Assembly: GCA_965243395.1 (NCBI GenBank)
Contig: CBDEUS010000002.1
Location: 352,001 to 416,000 of the forward strand
Direction: 5' to 3'
Source: Gammaproteobacteria bacterium
Lineage (GTDB): Bacteria; Pseudomonadota; Gammaproteobacteria; UBA4575
DNA length: 64,000 nt
The position numbers and the translations under genes are program-made. The notes beneath the pieces were generated by a model. The model made no database searches. It was given only the letters and a program-made list of their open reading frames with translations, and was not told the origin of the DNA. Shown in pieces: positions 19,988-29,785 of the stretch (position 1 is the first letter of the stretch; each line of letters begins with the position of its first letter).

Positions 19988-20826
19988 TTTGCGTTCCTAA
20001 ACGGCTGTAACAATAAACGATCAAGCCAAAGTTCGCGTTTATCTCTAAAACTTTCGATACCTATTGTCATTTTTAAATGACCCATTTTAGGTTGAGCACG
20101 ATAAGTTCTAAAAATATAGTCCCACCAAGGTAAATTAAAACCAAAATTGCTATCAGTCTCTTTTTGAATAATAGAATGATGCACACGATGCATCTCCGGC
20201 GTAACTACAAATAGTCTCATTATTTTCTCAATAGACTTAGGTATGCGGATATTTGAATGATTGAATAATGAGGTGGCATTAAGCAAGACCTCAAATATTA
20301 ATACTGCAATTACAGGTGCACCTATCAAGGTCACCATGCAAAGTTTTATCCCTAATGACAGGATTATTTCTATCGGGTGAAATCGAACTGCAGTAGTTAC
20401 ATCAAACTCTAAATCAGCATGATGCATGCGATGTAACCGCCACAAAAAACCTACTTTATGAAAAATGACATGTTGTACATATATTGCAAAATCAAGAAAC
20501 AAAACAGCCACAATAATTGAAATCCAATGTGGCATATCAATCATATTTAACAAGCCATAACCTGATGATTGTACAGAAGCGGCTACAAACAGAACCGTTA
20601 CAGGAACGAAAAGCCATGTGATTAATGCATTGATCGTGCTTATTGAAAGATTGTTAACCCAACGGACAGCCTTTGGATATATTTGCATGCGTCGTGGTGC
20701 AATAAGTTCCCATAGGGCAAATACGATAAATAGAGCCAAAAAAATACTAAAACGTATTAATGCTCCGTCGCTTATCATAGATTCAATCATTACAACGCTC
20801 CTAACAAACACTGTAAGGGAAATCAA
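19984..20826 (-). CDS. Sterol desaturase / fatty acid hydroxylase family protein
   Basis: His boxes HVIFH, HRMHH, FNHSN, HRVHH. True start may be internal (~20790). Confidence 0.9.
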   Translation of the reverse strand: MISLTVFVRSVVMIESMISDGALIRFSIFLALFIVFALWELIAPRRMQIYPKAVRWVNNLSISTINALITWLFVPVTVLFVAASVQSSGYGLLNMIDMPHWISIIVAVLFLDFAIYVQHVIFHKVGFLWRLHRMHHADLEFDVTTAVRFHPIEIILSLGIKLCMVTLIGAPVIAVLIFEVLLNATSLFNHSNIRIPKSIEKIMRLFVVTPEMHRVHHSIIQKETDSNFGFNLPWWDYIFRTYRAQPKMGHLKMTIGIESFRDKRELWLDRLLLQPFRNAN

Positions 20827-20871
20827 TTAGCAAGGCCATTATGTAACGCTAATATACTGATGGAAGTCAAA

Positions 20872-20960
20872 TAAGAATTACTTGACCAAGTGATTAAGCC
20901 ATCCGTGGCTTGGGGACTTCCTTATAGTATTAAGACTCTCAATCGACTAAATAGTTCCAG
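20872..20960. repeat. Degenerate MITE/REP-like element
   Basis: Imperfect terminal inverted repeats TAAGAATTACTTGACCA / TCGACTAAATAGTTCCAG around the central hairpin AAGCCATCCGTGGCTT. Confidence 0.4.
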
Positions 20961-21303
20961 CCTATAGAAGCAAACATTTAAAGCTAAGCGATTTAATTTG
21001 ACCACATGCTTGTGACAATGCATGAACTTTTCAATCTATTTGTGTCACTTTTCTTCTGCAAACAATTACTCGCAGTATCTAATTTAGCTGAACCAATATG
21101 GCACTAATTATAGGGTTTATATCTTTAGCCAAGCCTAGTTTTTAAGCATTAAGCTCAGGAACTAAGACAGATATAAAAATGTCATAGAGTTACAGCATTT
21201 TTGAGCTAGATTTTCTCAATTGCAGTATAGTAATTGCTGTAGTTTTCATAGATATTTTAGCTTCAATCTATTAATAAAGGCTAAGTACGGTTTACATTCC
21301 GCT

Positions 21304-22074
21304 ATGGGCATTGTTGTCAATCTGTTGCTGGTTTTAATCTTTTGCGCTTTCATCAGTGCCTGCAGCACTTCGTCTTCCAGCGGCATGCCTTCTATACCTT
21401 CCACAAATTCTGAGCCTGAAACTGAATCGGAAGCAAGTTCTTCTAATGAACAAAGTTCTAGCGAACAAAAACAAGCAAGTAAAAATAGTGAATCCACTGG
21501 TGCTTCATCAGATGGACAACAAGAACAAGCTGGCGCTGAAAATGATAATGAGCTAGAACAACCCAGTGCACAAACAGATGAAGAAAAGGTTGCAGTACTG
21601 GATGCGCAACTTGAAAAAGAATTACGTGACTATGATGAACAATTACATAAAGAACTTGAAAAAGCTGAAGAGCAAAAACAAGCACAAGAAAAAGAACATG
21701 AGGCAAAAGAAGCTGCAGAAGCAGGTCTAGATGAAGGAGATGAATTTTCTGCAGGGGGAGAAGATACAGAACAAGCAGGTTCAGAAGATGAGCAAATGGC
21801 TAAGGCCGATTCTCAACAGACACCCAAAGGATCAGCAGAAACGACAGAAAATAATTCTAGCCAAGGAAATAAAGGTAAAGGAAATAGCGGAACTGCGCCT
21901 AAAAATATTCCAAGTGGTGATGATGATGACGTTGTCGCCAGGCAACTGCGAGAAGCTGCTGAAAAAGAACAAGACCCCGAGCTAAGAGAAAAACTTTGGG
22001 AAGAATATCGAAAATATAAGCAGCAACAAAGCACTGCAAGTGCACCGCCTTCGAGTGCTACTGATAAACAATAG
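21304..22074 (+). CDS. Acidic, largely disordered lipoprotein
   Basis: Start MGIVVNLL with lipobox ISA-C; Ser/Glu-rich; C-terminal helical motif DDDVVARQLREAAEKEQDPELREKLWEEYRKYK. Confidence 0.8.
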   Translation: MGIVVNLLLVLIFCAFISACSTSSSSGMPSIPSTNSEPETESEASSSNEQSSSEQKQASKNSESTGASSDGQQEQAGAENDNELEQPSAQTDEEKVAVLDAQLEKELRDYDEQLHKELEKAEEQKQAQEKEHEAKEAAEAGLDEGDEFSAGGEDTEQAGSEDEQMAKADSQQTPKGSAETTENNSSQGNKGKGNSGTAPKNIPSGDDDDVVARQLREAAEKEQDPELREKLWEEYRKYKQQQSTASAPPSSATDKQ

Positions 22075-22102
22075 ACAATAGAGCTAACAATTAAAACAGT
22101 TT

Positions 22103-23281
22103 ATGAATAAAAATAATAACTACTACTTTTTTAGTTTACTCCTAATTTTAATTCTTACCGGATGCTCGACTACAGCCGTTAAGGTCAGCGACACCGAAGA
22201 CATTGAAGCTGAAACTGTTCAGTTACAGGAAAGCAAGTTACTGGACGTTGGTATATTGTTATTTGAAGGTGAAATCAGTGAAGAGCAGGTAGAAAAAGAA
22301 GGTGTGCACTATAGCATACGTCAAGCTGAATCGCGTTACATGGCATATCATTTAAAAGAGACTATGCAGCGCTCAAACGGCTGGGGAGCTATACGTGTAT
22401 TACCTGAAAGATCCTACATCGCGGATGTTGTTGTTGCTGGCACCATCATGGCTTCAAACGGTGAAGAAATGATTCTTAAGATCAATGTAGGGGACAGCAC
22501 GGGTGCACAATGGTTTGAGAAAACTTATAAAACTGAAGCGGACGAGGAAGCTTATCGCTATTCAAAGCGTGGTAGAGATGTCTACCAGTATATGTATAAC
22601 CGTATTGCAAATGACATTCGCAAGCACCGAAAAAAACTACCTGAAGATGAGTTAATTACCATACGTAATACTTCTGAACTTCGCTACGCAGCAGGTATTT
22701 CCCCTCAGCCATTTGCTAGCTATGTAAGTACAGGGCCAAATGGACAAAGTAGCATCACGCGTCTACCAGCAAATGATGATCCTATGTTGAACAGGGTGCG
22801 AAAAGTTCGTGATCGTGAGTTTTTATTCATAGATACCATAAACGAACATTACTCGAATTTTTACGGTGCAATGTGGGAGCCGTATGAAAATTGGCGTTAT
22901 TACTACATGATCGAAGCGGAGCAACGCCGCGAAATTGAAAGGCGTGCGAAACAAACCAAGTTTGTTGCAGCACTTATAATGATTGCAGGGGTGATGCGCG
23001 GACCGGGCTTATTTACCACAGGCGCTCTTTTATATAAGAATGGAACAGACATCAGTGAACAAGCAGAGATTCATAATGAAGCCATTCGAGAACTTGGGGA
23101 TTCTTTAGAAGCAGAAGTAAGTCCAATGGTTGTCGAAGTTCAAGGTCGAACCGTTGAGCTAACGGGTTCTATAGAAGAACAGTATCAACAATGGCGTAAG
23201 TTGCTACGCGAAATTTATGTAAATGAAACTGGATTTGCTTATGAAGATACTGTTACAGATACAGAAAGTGCACAACTATAA
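22103..23281 (+). CDS. Hypothetical lipoprotein
   Basis: Lipobox LTG-C; 392 aa; glycine-rich hydrophobic hairpin near the C-terminus. Confidence 0.85.
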   Translation: MNKNNNYYFFSLLLILILTGCSTTAVKVSDTEDIEAETVQLQESKLLDVGILLFEGEISEEQVEKEGVHYSIRQAESRYMAYHLKETMQRSNGWGAIRVLPERSYIADVVVAGTIMASNGEEMILKINVGDSTGAQWFEKTYKTEADEEAYRYSKRGRDVYQYMYNRIANDIRKHRKKLPEDELITIRNTSELRYAAGISPQPFASYVSTGPNGQSSITRLPANDDPMLNRVRKVRDREFLFIDTINEHYSNFYGAMWEPYENWRYYYMIEAEQRREIERRAKQTKFVAALIMIAGVMRGPGLFTTGALLYKNGTDISEQAEIHNEAIRELGDSLEAEVSPMVVEVQGRTVELTGSIEEQYQQWRKLLREIYVNETGFAYEDTVTDTESAQL

Positions 23282-23354
23282 TGATTAATAAACTAAGCTC
23301 GCCTCCTGCATAGCTTTTTGTAGTGACAAGGACGTCGAAAGATCTTAAAAAGCT

Positions 23355-24893
23355 ATGTCTGATAAAGATGTCACTCCGATTGAAGCAATCGATTATGAGT
23401 CATTGCAAAAACCCGCGGAGCAAAATCAAGACTCAGAACAAAATGTAAAAAACAAATCTATATTCTGGATTGTTTTAGTACTACTAATTTTATGCGTGTT
23501 GATGGTGTTTTTATTCTTACCGGAATATGTTGCTGAAAAACGTCAAATTAATAGTTCAGACCTGCAAACACAAAGCGATACTCCGCCAACAGTAGATGTA
23601 GCTGATCCTGAACCTTCATCAGAAACTTCTGTTGAACCTACAAAAAGTTTAACTGCTGAGGAACTAAGTGCGCTTAGACAGGAAGCTGAAATCCTTTTGC
23701 TTCAAATAATCGAAAAACAAAAATTTTTAGAAAGTAAAGCAGTTAAAAAATGGGGTCTAGAAGAATTTAGAAATGCTATATCTTTAGGCGCGAGCGGCGA
23801 CGAACACTATCGCAAACAAGAATACAAACAAGCAATAACAAGCTATAACGACACAGTTAATTTGTTAAGTAAACTAGAGAAACAAGTCGCTCCTACACTT
23901 ACGATGCACTTAGAAAAAGGAGAGCTAGCACTCATACAAGCGGAAAAAATAATTGCTATTCAGCATTTTGAATTGGCCAAGTCTATTGATGAAAAAAATA
24001 CTCAAGCGATTAATGGTTTGAAACGCGCCTCGACTATAGAAGAATTATATTCCTTACTTGAAAAAGGCGGTAAATTAGAAGCAGCAAATAGATTTAGTGA
24101 TGCAAAAAATACTTATGCGCAAGCAACTGAGCTTGACCCTCTATCTCTAGAAGCCAAAGAAGCGCTCAATAGAGTAAAGAGCCGTTTGGCAGAACTAGAA
24201 TTTACTCGCATGATCAATCAAGGTTATGCGTCACTAAAACTTCGCCAATATGGAGATGCAAGGGCAGCGTTTAAAACTGCACAAGAATTGTTTCCAAACT
24301 CTGACAAACCTAAACAGGGCTTGGCTCGCATAGAGCGAGCTATTTTGGAAGAAAAAATAGCTTCACTAACAGCTGAAGCACAGCATTTTGAAAATGCGCA
24401 AAATTGGACTAACGCAGCAAATAGCTACCAACAACTTCTTGCATTAAATCCAAATTCTGCATCAGCGCAACAAGGCTTGCAGCGCAACCAAGAGCGCGAA
24501 CAAATTCTTTCAAGTTTAACTAACCACATCGAAAATAAATTGCGCTTAAGTTCTGATTCTGTTGCGAACGATGCTAAGAAACTTTTGAATAAAATAGAAT
24601 TGCTGGATAACCCTGGTAGTAAAATAGAACAAGGGGCTTTGACCTTACAAGAGCTTTTAGTATTAGCAAACAGACCTATATTAATTACTTTACATTCTGA
24701 CAACCAAACGGATGTTGCTATTTATAAAGTGGGCAAGTTCGGAAAATTTGACAGTCGTGAAGTCGAACTAAAGCCAGGAAAATATACGATTGTCGGCTCT
24801 CGTTCCGGTTTTCGCGATGTGCGCAAAGTAGTAACTATAATGGCAGAAATGACGGATACAACGATTCAAGTGCGCTGTGAAGAGCCGATTTAA
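23355..24893 (+). CDS. Single-TM TPR protein with C-terminal PEGA-like beta domain
   Basis: TM at aa ~36-56; TPR-like repeats (YAQATELDP, YQQLLALNPNSASAQQGL); 'LKPGKYTIVGSRSGFRD'. Confidence 0.85.
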   Translation: MSDKDVTPIEAIDYESLQKPAEQNQDSEQNVKNKSIFWIVLVLLILCVLMVFLFLPEYVAEKRQINSSDLQTQSDTPPTVDVADPEPSSETSVEPTKSLTAEELSALRQEAEILLLQIIEKQKFLESKAVKKWGLEEFRNAISLGASGDEHYRKQEYKQAITSYNDTVNLLSKLEKQVAPTLTMHLEKGELALIQAEKIIAIQHFELAKSIDEKNTQAINGLKRASTIEELYSLLEKGGKLEAANRFSDAKNTYAQATELDPLSLEAKEALNRVKSRLAELEFTRMINQGYASLKLRQYGDARAAFKTAQELFPNSDKPKQGLARIERAILEEKIASLTAEAQHFENAQNWTNAANSYQQLLALNPNSASAQQGLQRNQEREQILSSLTNHIENKLRLSSDSVANDAKKLLNKIELLDNPGSKIEQGALTLQELLVLANRPILITLHSDNQTDVAIYKVGKFGKFDSREVELKPGKYTIVGSRSGFRDVRKVVTIMAEMTDTTIQVRCEEPI

Positions 24894-24911
24894 TTAAAAA
24901 TTACAAAACAT

Positions 24912-27329
24912 ATGATTGAACAAGTTTGTATAACTGATCATAAAGGGCCTAGGTTTTATACCCATGCAGACTTTCCTTTATCTATAGGATCGGATGCAAA
25001 TGCGGATTTAGAGGTGCCTGTCATTGATGAAAATTCCAGGCAAAAACAAAAGCCTGCTTTCTTAATTATTATTGTTAACCGAACTTATATTGATGCCGAT
25101 AATTCAAATATTAAAATTCTTCTCAACAACGAACCTGTTTCTGGACAAAAAGAACTCCAACATGATGATATTTTAGAAATAGAAGGTTCAGCCTTTCACT
25201 GTGAACATATTGGTGACACGCTCTCTATTTCTTTGTATGAAAATGATGCTCATTTAGTTAGCCAAAATGAAGCAATTGCCTCTGATGGGGAAATAATCGA
25301 ACCTATTGAAATATCAGAACCTATTAAAGAAAAAAAATCTAATCGAAGATTTAAAAGTTTTTTTGTTGTTATTGGAATATTGATATTTGGTTTACTAGTA
25401 GTTGTTATAGGCTATATTTTTACTGCTAAAACTTTATTAATTGAAATAGAGCCTGCTCCTGATCGACTTGCGTTACATGGAAATGTTTGGCCGATCAAAA
25501 TTCGAGATCGTTATCTTGTACAACCTGGAAATTATTTTATTGAAGCAAGCAAAGATGGTTACCGGCCTTTAGAAAAAGAAATTAAAGTTAGTAATCATCA
25601 ATCGCAAACTTTATCGTTTACTTTAGAAAAAAAACCAGGCTATCTAAATATTACGAGTCAACCTGAGAAAGAAGTCGAAATTACTATTGATAGTCTAAAG
25701 ATAGGCGCAACTCCGATACAATCTTTAGAGCTCGAAGCTGGAACTTATAACTTAGAAGCCACAGCTGAGCGTTATCAACCTTATAGCACTCAATTAATCA
25801 TTGAGGGAAAAGAGCTGGAACAAAATTTAAATGTTGAACTACTTCCAGACTGGGCGGAAGTATTAATCGATTCACAACCCGCAGGCGCCGAAATTTGGTT
25901 AGATGGAGAAAAAAAGGGGGTTACACCCCAATCTTTCGAGTTGGATTCAGGACAATACAGTTTAGAACTTAGACACAAAGATTTTTTGCCTTATGAAAAA
26001 GAATTCTTCGTTGATGCCAACCAACCTATAAATCTCCCCGTAGCCGAATTATTTACTAACCCAAGCCATTTGGTCATTACTAGCACTCCCTCAAAAGCAA
26101 TTGTTGAAATTGCGGGTGAAGAACAAGGGATAACACCATTTACTTTACGATTAAGCCCTAACATCGAACACAGCATTACTCTCAGCAAACCTGGGTTTAG
26201 ATCAAATCAGCAAACCGTAACTTTAAAGCCGGGAGAACAACAGAATATTTCTGCTACTTTGGAAGCGATATTAGGCACGGTGGTTCTTAACATCGAACCA
26301 CAAGATGCCGAAATTTTTATTAACGGTAAATTTATGGGAAGTGGAAACGTAAAATTATCCTTACCTAGCGCAAGTCAACGCCTAGAAATAAGAAAGTCTG
26401 GCTATCAAGTTTTTGAAAGAATGATTTCTCCAGCAGCTGACTCTCCTCAAGTACTAGATGTAACTTTATCGCGCATCACTAGTACATCCGATATTAGTAA
26501 ACCTAAGACTTTGCGTACTTCCGAAGGACAAGAGCTAAAATTAATTTTTGGAGGTAAATTTTCTATGGGTGCTGCACGCCGTGAACAAGGACGGCGCTCT
26601 AATGAAACCTTACATACTGTAGAATTAGTTAAACCGTTCTATGTCAGTGTGCATGAAATTACCAACCAGCAATATTTAGTCTTTAATAGTTCGCATAGCT
26701 CGGGTTCATATAAAGGTCATGATCTATCTACGGGAAAATTGCCAGTAGTAAATATTAGTTGGGAAGAGGCTGCACGTTACTGTAATTGGTTAAGCATTAA
26801 AGATGGGCTAGAACCCGTTTACCGTGAAAATAATGGTAAGTTAATTGCTAAAAATCCTATACCTTCTGGTTATCGTCTGCTTACGGAAAGCGAGTGGGAA
26901 TGGGTTGCGCGGGTTAAAAGCAATAATCAAGTATATCGATATGAATGGGGAAACAGTTTTCCTCCCGATAAAGTTACCGGGAATTATGCGGATCAATCTG
27001 CTAAAGATTTATTAGACCCCATACTACCTGATTATCAGGACAGTTTTATTGTTGCAGCACCTGTAGGAAGTTTTGCCGCTAATCATTTCGGAATTTTTGA
27101 TATGGGCGGTAATGTTGCAGAATGGTGTCATGATTATCATAGTATCTACCCTAGTTTAAGTGATGAAATCTTCACGGACCCGGTTGGTCCAAATACAGGT
27201 GATAAGCATGTAATTCGTGGTGCATCATGGATGCGGGGGGATTTGAGCAGTACACGTTTAAGCTACCGTGATCGAGATAACACTAAACGCACTGATGTTG
27301 GCTTTCGAATTGCGAGATATATAGACTAA
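24912..27329 (+). CDS. FHA-like / TM / multi-PEGA / FGE-sulfatase (SUMF1) domain protein
   Basis: 'ITSQPE..I.IDG...G.TP' repeats; FGE motifs FSMG, HEITNQQY, LPVVNISWEEA..YCNWLS, DMGGNVAEW, RGASW, GFR. Confidence 0.9.
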   Translation: MIEQVCITDHKGPRFYTHADFPLSIGSDANADLEVPVIDENSRQKQKPAFLIIIVNRTYIDADNSNIKILLNNEPVSGQKELQHDDILEIEGSAFHCEHIGDTLSISLYENDAHLVSQNEAIASDGEIIEPIEISEPIKEKKSNRRFKSFFVVIGILIFGLLVVVIGYIFTAKTLLIEIEPAPDRLALHGNVWPIKIRDRYLVQPGNYFIEASKDGYRPLEKEIKVSNHQSQTLSFTLEKKPGYLNITSQPEKEVEITIDSLKIGATPIQSLELEAGTYNLEATAERYQPYSTQLIIEGKELEQNLNVELLPDWAEVLIDSQPAGAEIWLDGEKKGVTPQSFELDSGQYSLELRHKDFLPYEKEFFVDANQPINLPVAELFTNPSHLVITSTPSKAIVEIAGEEQGITPFTLRLSPNIEHSITLSKPGFRSNQQTVTLKPGEQQNISATLEAILGTVVLNIEPQDAEIFINGKFMGSGNVKLSLPSASQRLEIRKSGYQVFERMISPAADSPQVLDVTLSRITSTSDISKPKTLRTSEGQELKLIFGGKFSMGAARREQGRRSNETLHTVELVKPFYVSVHEITNQQYLVFNSSHSSGSYKGHDLSTGKLPVVNISWEEAARYCNWLSIKDGLEPVYRENNGKLIAKNPIPSGYRLLTESEWEWVARVKSNNQVYRYEWGNSFPPDKVTGNYADQSAKDLLDPILPDYQDSFIVAAPVGSFAANHFGIFDMGGNVAEWCHDYHSIYPSLSDEIFTDPVGPNTGDKHVIRGASWMRGDLSSTRLSYRDRDNTKRTDVGFRIARYID

Positions 27330-27342
27330 GTGAGTAAACGTT

Positions 27343-27597
27343 ATGATGAATTTGTGTAAATTATTTATTTATATCGTTACTCTGCTTGCATTTACTTTCA
27401 CGATAGTTAACGCAGAAGAAAACGATGGGAATCAAGATGATCAAACTAAAGAAGAACAAGTAACTGAAACAGCTAACAAGGAAAAATCTGTTAAACAAAA
27501 TGCTAATAAACGCAGTCAGGTAAAAACACTAGAAAAATTCATTCCTTCAGAAGAAGTCTCAGCGGATAAGCCTGTAGCATTTCCTGCTGATATCTAA
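27343..27597 (+). CDS. Small secreted protein
   Basis: Signal peptide, charged linker, C-terminal FIPSEEVSADKPVAFPADI. Confidence 0.75.
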   Translation: MMNLCKLFIYIVTLLAFTFTIVNAEENDGNQDDQTKEEQVTETANKEKSVKQNANKRSQVKTLEKFIPSEEVSADKPVAFPADI

Positions 27598-27616
27598 TCA
27601 TCATCAATAATAAAAT

Positions 27617-28414
27617 ATGAAAAAAAATTTTCCATTCGAGTTTATATATCAAATTTTTAGTTTGTTAATAATAATTATCATTGTCCACGCAGCGTATGTT
27701 GCTGTAATCCGGCCTAATGCAGAAGCTGAGCTTGAGCAACAAGCAGCACAAATTAATATTGATAAAGACTATGTGCCTAAACGATCTATTTATGTACTGA
27801 TCCGTGACTATGAACAAGAAGCCTGCTTTATTCTAATGTTTTGGGCTTTATGTATTATGGCCTTCAAAAGTATGAACCTATTTCGCGAGCGCAGCTTATT
27901 AGACAAAGATTTGCTGCATGCAAAAGAAGGAATAAAGTTTTTACCTCAAGATACTCGAGAATTATCGAGGCAAATTCAAAATCTGCCTGAAGACGAACAA
28001 AAATATTTATTGCCCAGAGCACTGAACGTTGCATTGCATCGCTTCAGTTCAACACAAAATATCCAGGATGTGTCTTCAGCAACCACTAATGTATGTGAGT
28101 CTGAATCAGAGCGCCTCGATTCTGAGCTTTCTATTATTCGATACATTACTTGGGCTATTCCATCAATAGGCTTTCTTGGCACTGTGCGAGGTATTGGTGA
28201 TGCATTAGGCCAAGCCCATAAAGCAGTCGAAGGTGACATCGCTGGAGTTACAGAAAGCCTGGGTGTTGCATTTAATTCAACGCTTATTGCATTGTGTATC
28301 AGTATTGTACTGATGTTTATTGTGCATCAATTACAGCTTCTGCAAGAAAGGTTTATCTTAGATACACAGAACTATTGTAATAACAATTTAATTCGGCACT
28401 TACAGGTTAGTTAG
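27617..28414 (+). CDS. MotA/TolQ/ExbB proton-channel family protein
   Basis: WAIPSIGFLGTVRGI and LGVAFNSTLIAL TM hairpin with both conserved Thr. Confidence 0.92.
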   Translation: MKKNFPFEFIYQIFSLLIIIIIVHAAYVAVIRPNAEAELEQQAAQINIDKDYVPKRSIYVLIRDYEQEACFILMFWALCIMAFKSMNLFRERSLLDKDLLHAKEGIKFLPQDTRELSRQIQNLPEDEQKYLLPRALNVALHRFSSTQNIQDVSSATTNVCESESERLDSELSIIRYITWAIPSIGFLGTVRGIGDALGQAHKAVEGDIAGVTESLGVAFNSTLIALCISIVLMFIVHQLQLLQERFILDTQNYCNNNLIRHLQVS

Positions 28415-28423
28415 GTCGCTGAT

Positions 28424-29785
28424 GTGTTCACTATCAATCCCATTATCATTGAATGTTATGACAATGGAATACGCATCTGTGATGATGAGAAAATTCTTGC
28501 TGATAGCGCAAGCTTTGCATTAATTGAAACAAGTCGACACGTTACCGTAGGTCCTTCTGCTCAACAACAAGCTCATCTTCGTCCTCGTGAAGTCAGCACA
28601 ACATTTTGGAGCGACTTATCAGCTAACAGCACTACTAAGCATGTTGTAAGTAATGCCGAGCTCGCACTTAATCATTTACATTATGTTTTACAGCAAGCCA
28701 ATTGCTCGGATCAAGATGCCATAGTTATCACTCCCGCAACATTTGATAAACATCACTTAGGTTTACTGCTTGGCATTTGTGAAAAACTGCCCATCAAAAT
28801 TGTCGGTATCGTCTGCAACGCTACGCTTGCGATGCAAGGATTTATTGATGATTGCAAAGCTGTATATTTAGATTTATTACAACGAAAATTAGTCTTGACA
28901 GAACTTATTCATAGTAATTCTGGTGTCGAATTAAAAACACCCAGTCGAATTTTTGATTATGGCTTACAGGACTTTGTGCATAACATCGCAAAATTAATTG
29001 CTGACAAATTTGTTGCAGAAACGCGCTTTGATCCTTTGCATATTGCAAAACATGAGCAACAACTTTTTGATAAATTGCCACTTTGGTTGAATATGTTAAA
29101 AAACACGGATAGCACTGAGTGCAATTTATCCACTGAGGACGAATCATTTTCCATAAATATAAGCCAACAACAACTGCAACAAGCTAATCACCAGCAATTT
29201 GATAAAATTGCAGCTTATCTTAATGTGCTTTTCCACAACCATGATGCGATAGCCATTTATTGTTCATCAAGTTGTCAGCAAGTATTTGGTATGCAAAATT
29301 TCTTTTCGAACTTGCCAGGTTGTGCAGTAATACAGCTTGAAGATGATTCTTTAGCTAAAAATGCTTTGCTTAATAAAGATGAAATTATAAGCAAGGAGCA
29401 GGTTTTATACGTAAATAGTTTACCTTGGCATTCTAAATTTAAGCCCGACACTTTATCTTTTAATCCTGGGAAAATATCTAACCTTTCAAGTTTACCTACA
29501 CATATCTTGATTGATGGTCATGCATATGGCTTACAACAAGATATTTATATTGCGCATGACAGGTCTTCAAAATTGTTAATCACACTTGAACAGACATCTG
29601 AGAGCTTATGCAAAATTTCATCTAATAACTTAAGTGTAGATGTTGAGATTTTAAATTCTATAAAAATACAAATGAATTCGATTTCAGTAGAAAATAATGT
29701 GCACGCAAAAATAGGCGACACATTAGCTGTTCAGGACTGTTTGACACATTGTCGGTTTATAAAAGTGGTAGAGCATGAAGCGTAG
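28424..29785 (+). CDS. Degenerate actin/Hsp70-fold protein with C-terminal FHA-like beta domain
   Basis: N-terminus resembles the DnaK/MreB lobe (SASFAL...VTVGPSAQQQAHLRP; AIVITPATF; LLLGI; KFVAETRFDP). C-terminal 'MNSISV...KIGDTL'. Confidence 0.6.
   Translation: MFTINPIIIECYDNGIRICDDEKILADSASFALIETSRHVTVGPSAQQQAHLRPREVSTTFWSDLSANSTTKHVVSNAELALNHLHYVLQQANCSDQDAIVITPATFDKHHLGLLLGICEKLPIKIVGIVCNATLAMQGFIDDCKAVYLDLLQRKLVLTELIHSNSGVELKTPSRIFDYGLQDFVHNIAKLIADKFVAETRFDPLHIAKHEQQLFDKLPLWLNMLKNTDSTECNLSTEDESFSINISQQQLQQANHQQFDKIAAYLNVLFHNHDAIAIYCSSSCQQVFGMQNFFSNLPGCAVIQLEDDSLAKNALLNKDEIISKEQVLYVNSLPWHSKFKPDTLSFNPGKISNLSSLPTHILIDGHAYGLQQDIYIAHDRSSKLLITLEQTSESLCKISSNNLSVDVEILNSIKIQMNSISVENNVHAKIGDTLAVQDCLTHCRFIKVVEHEA

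Noticed and set aside
21099-21114. TGGCAC upstream of the motor operon as a sigma54 promoter
   Set aside because: No GC at the -12 position.
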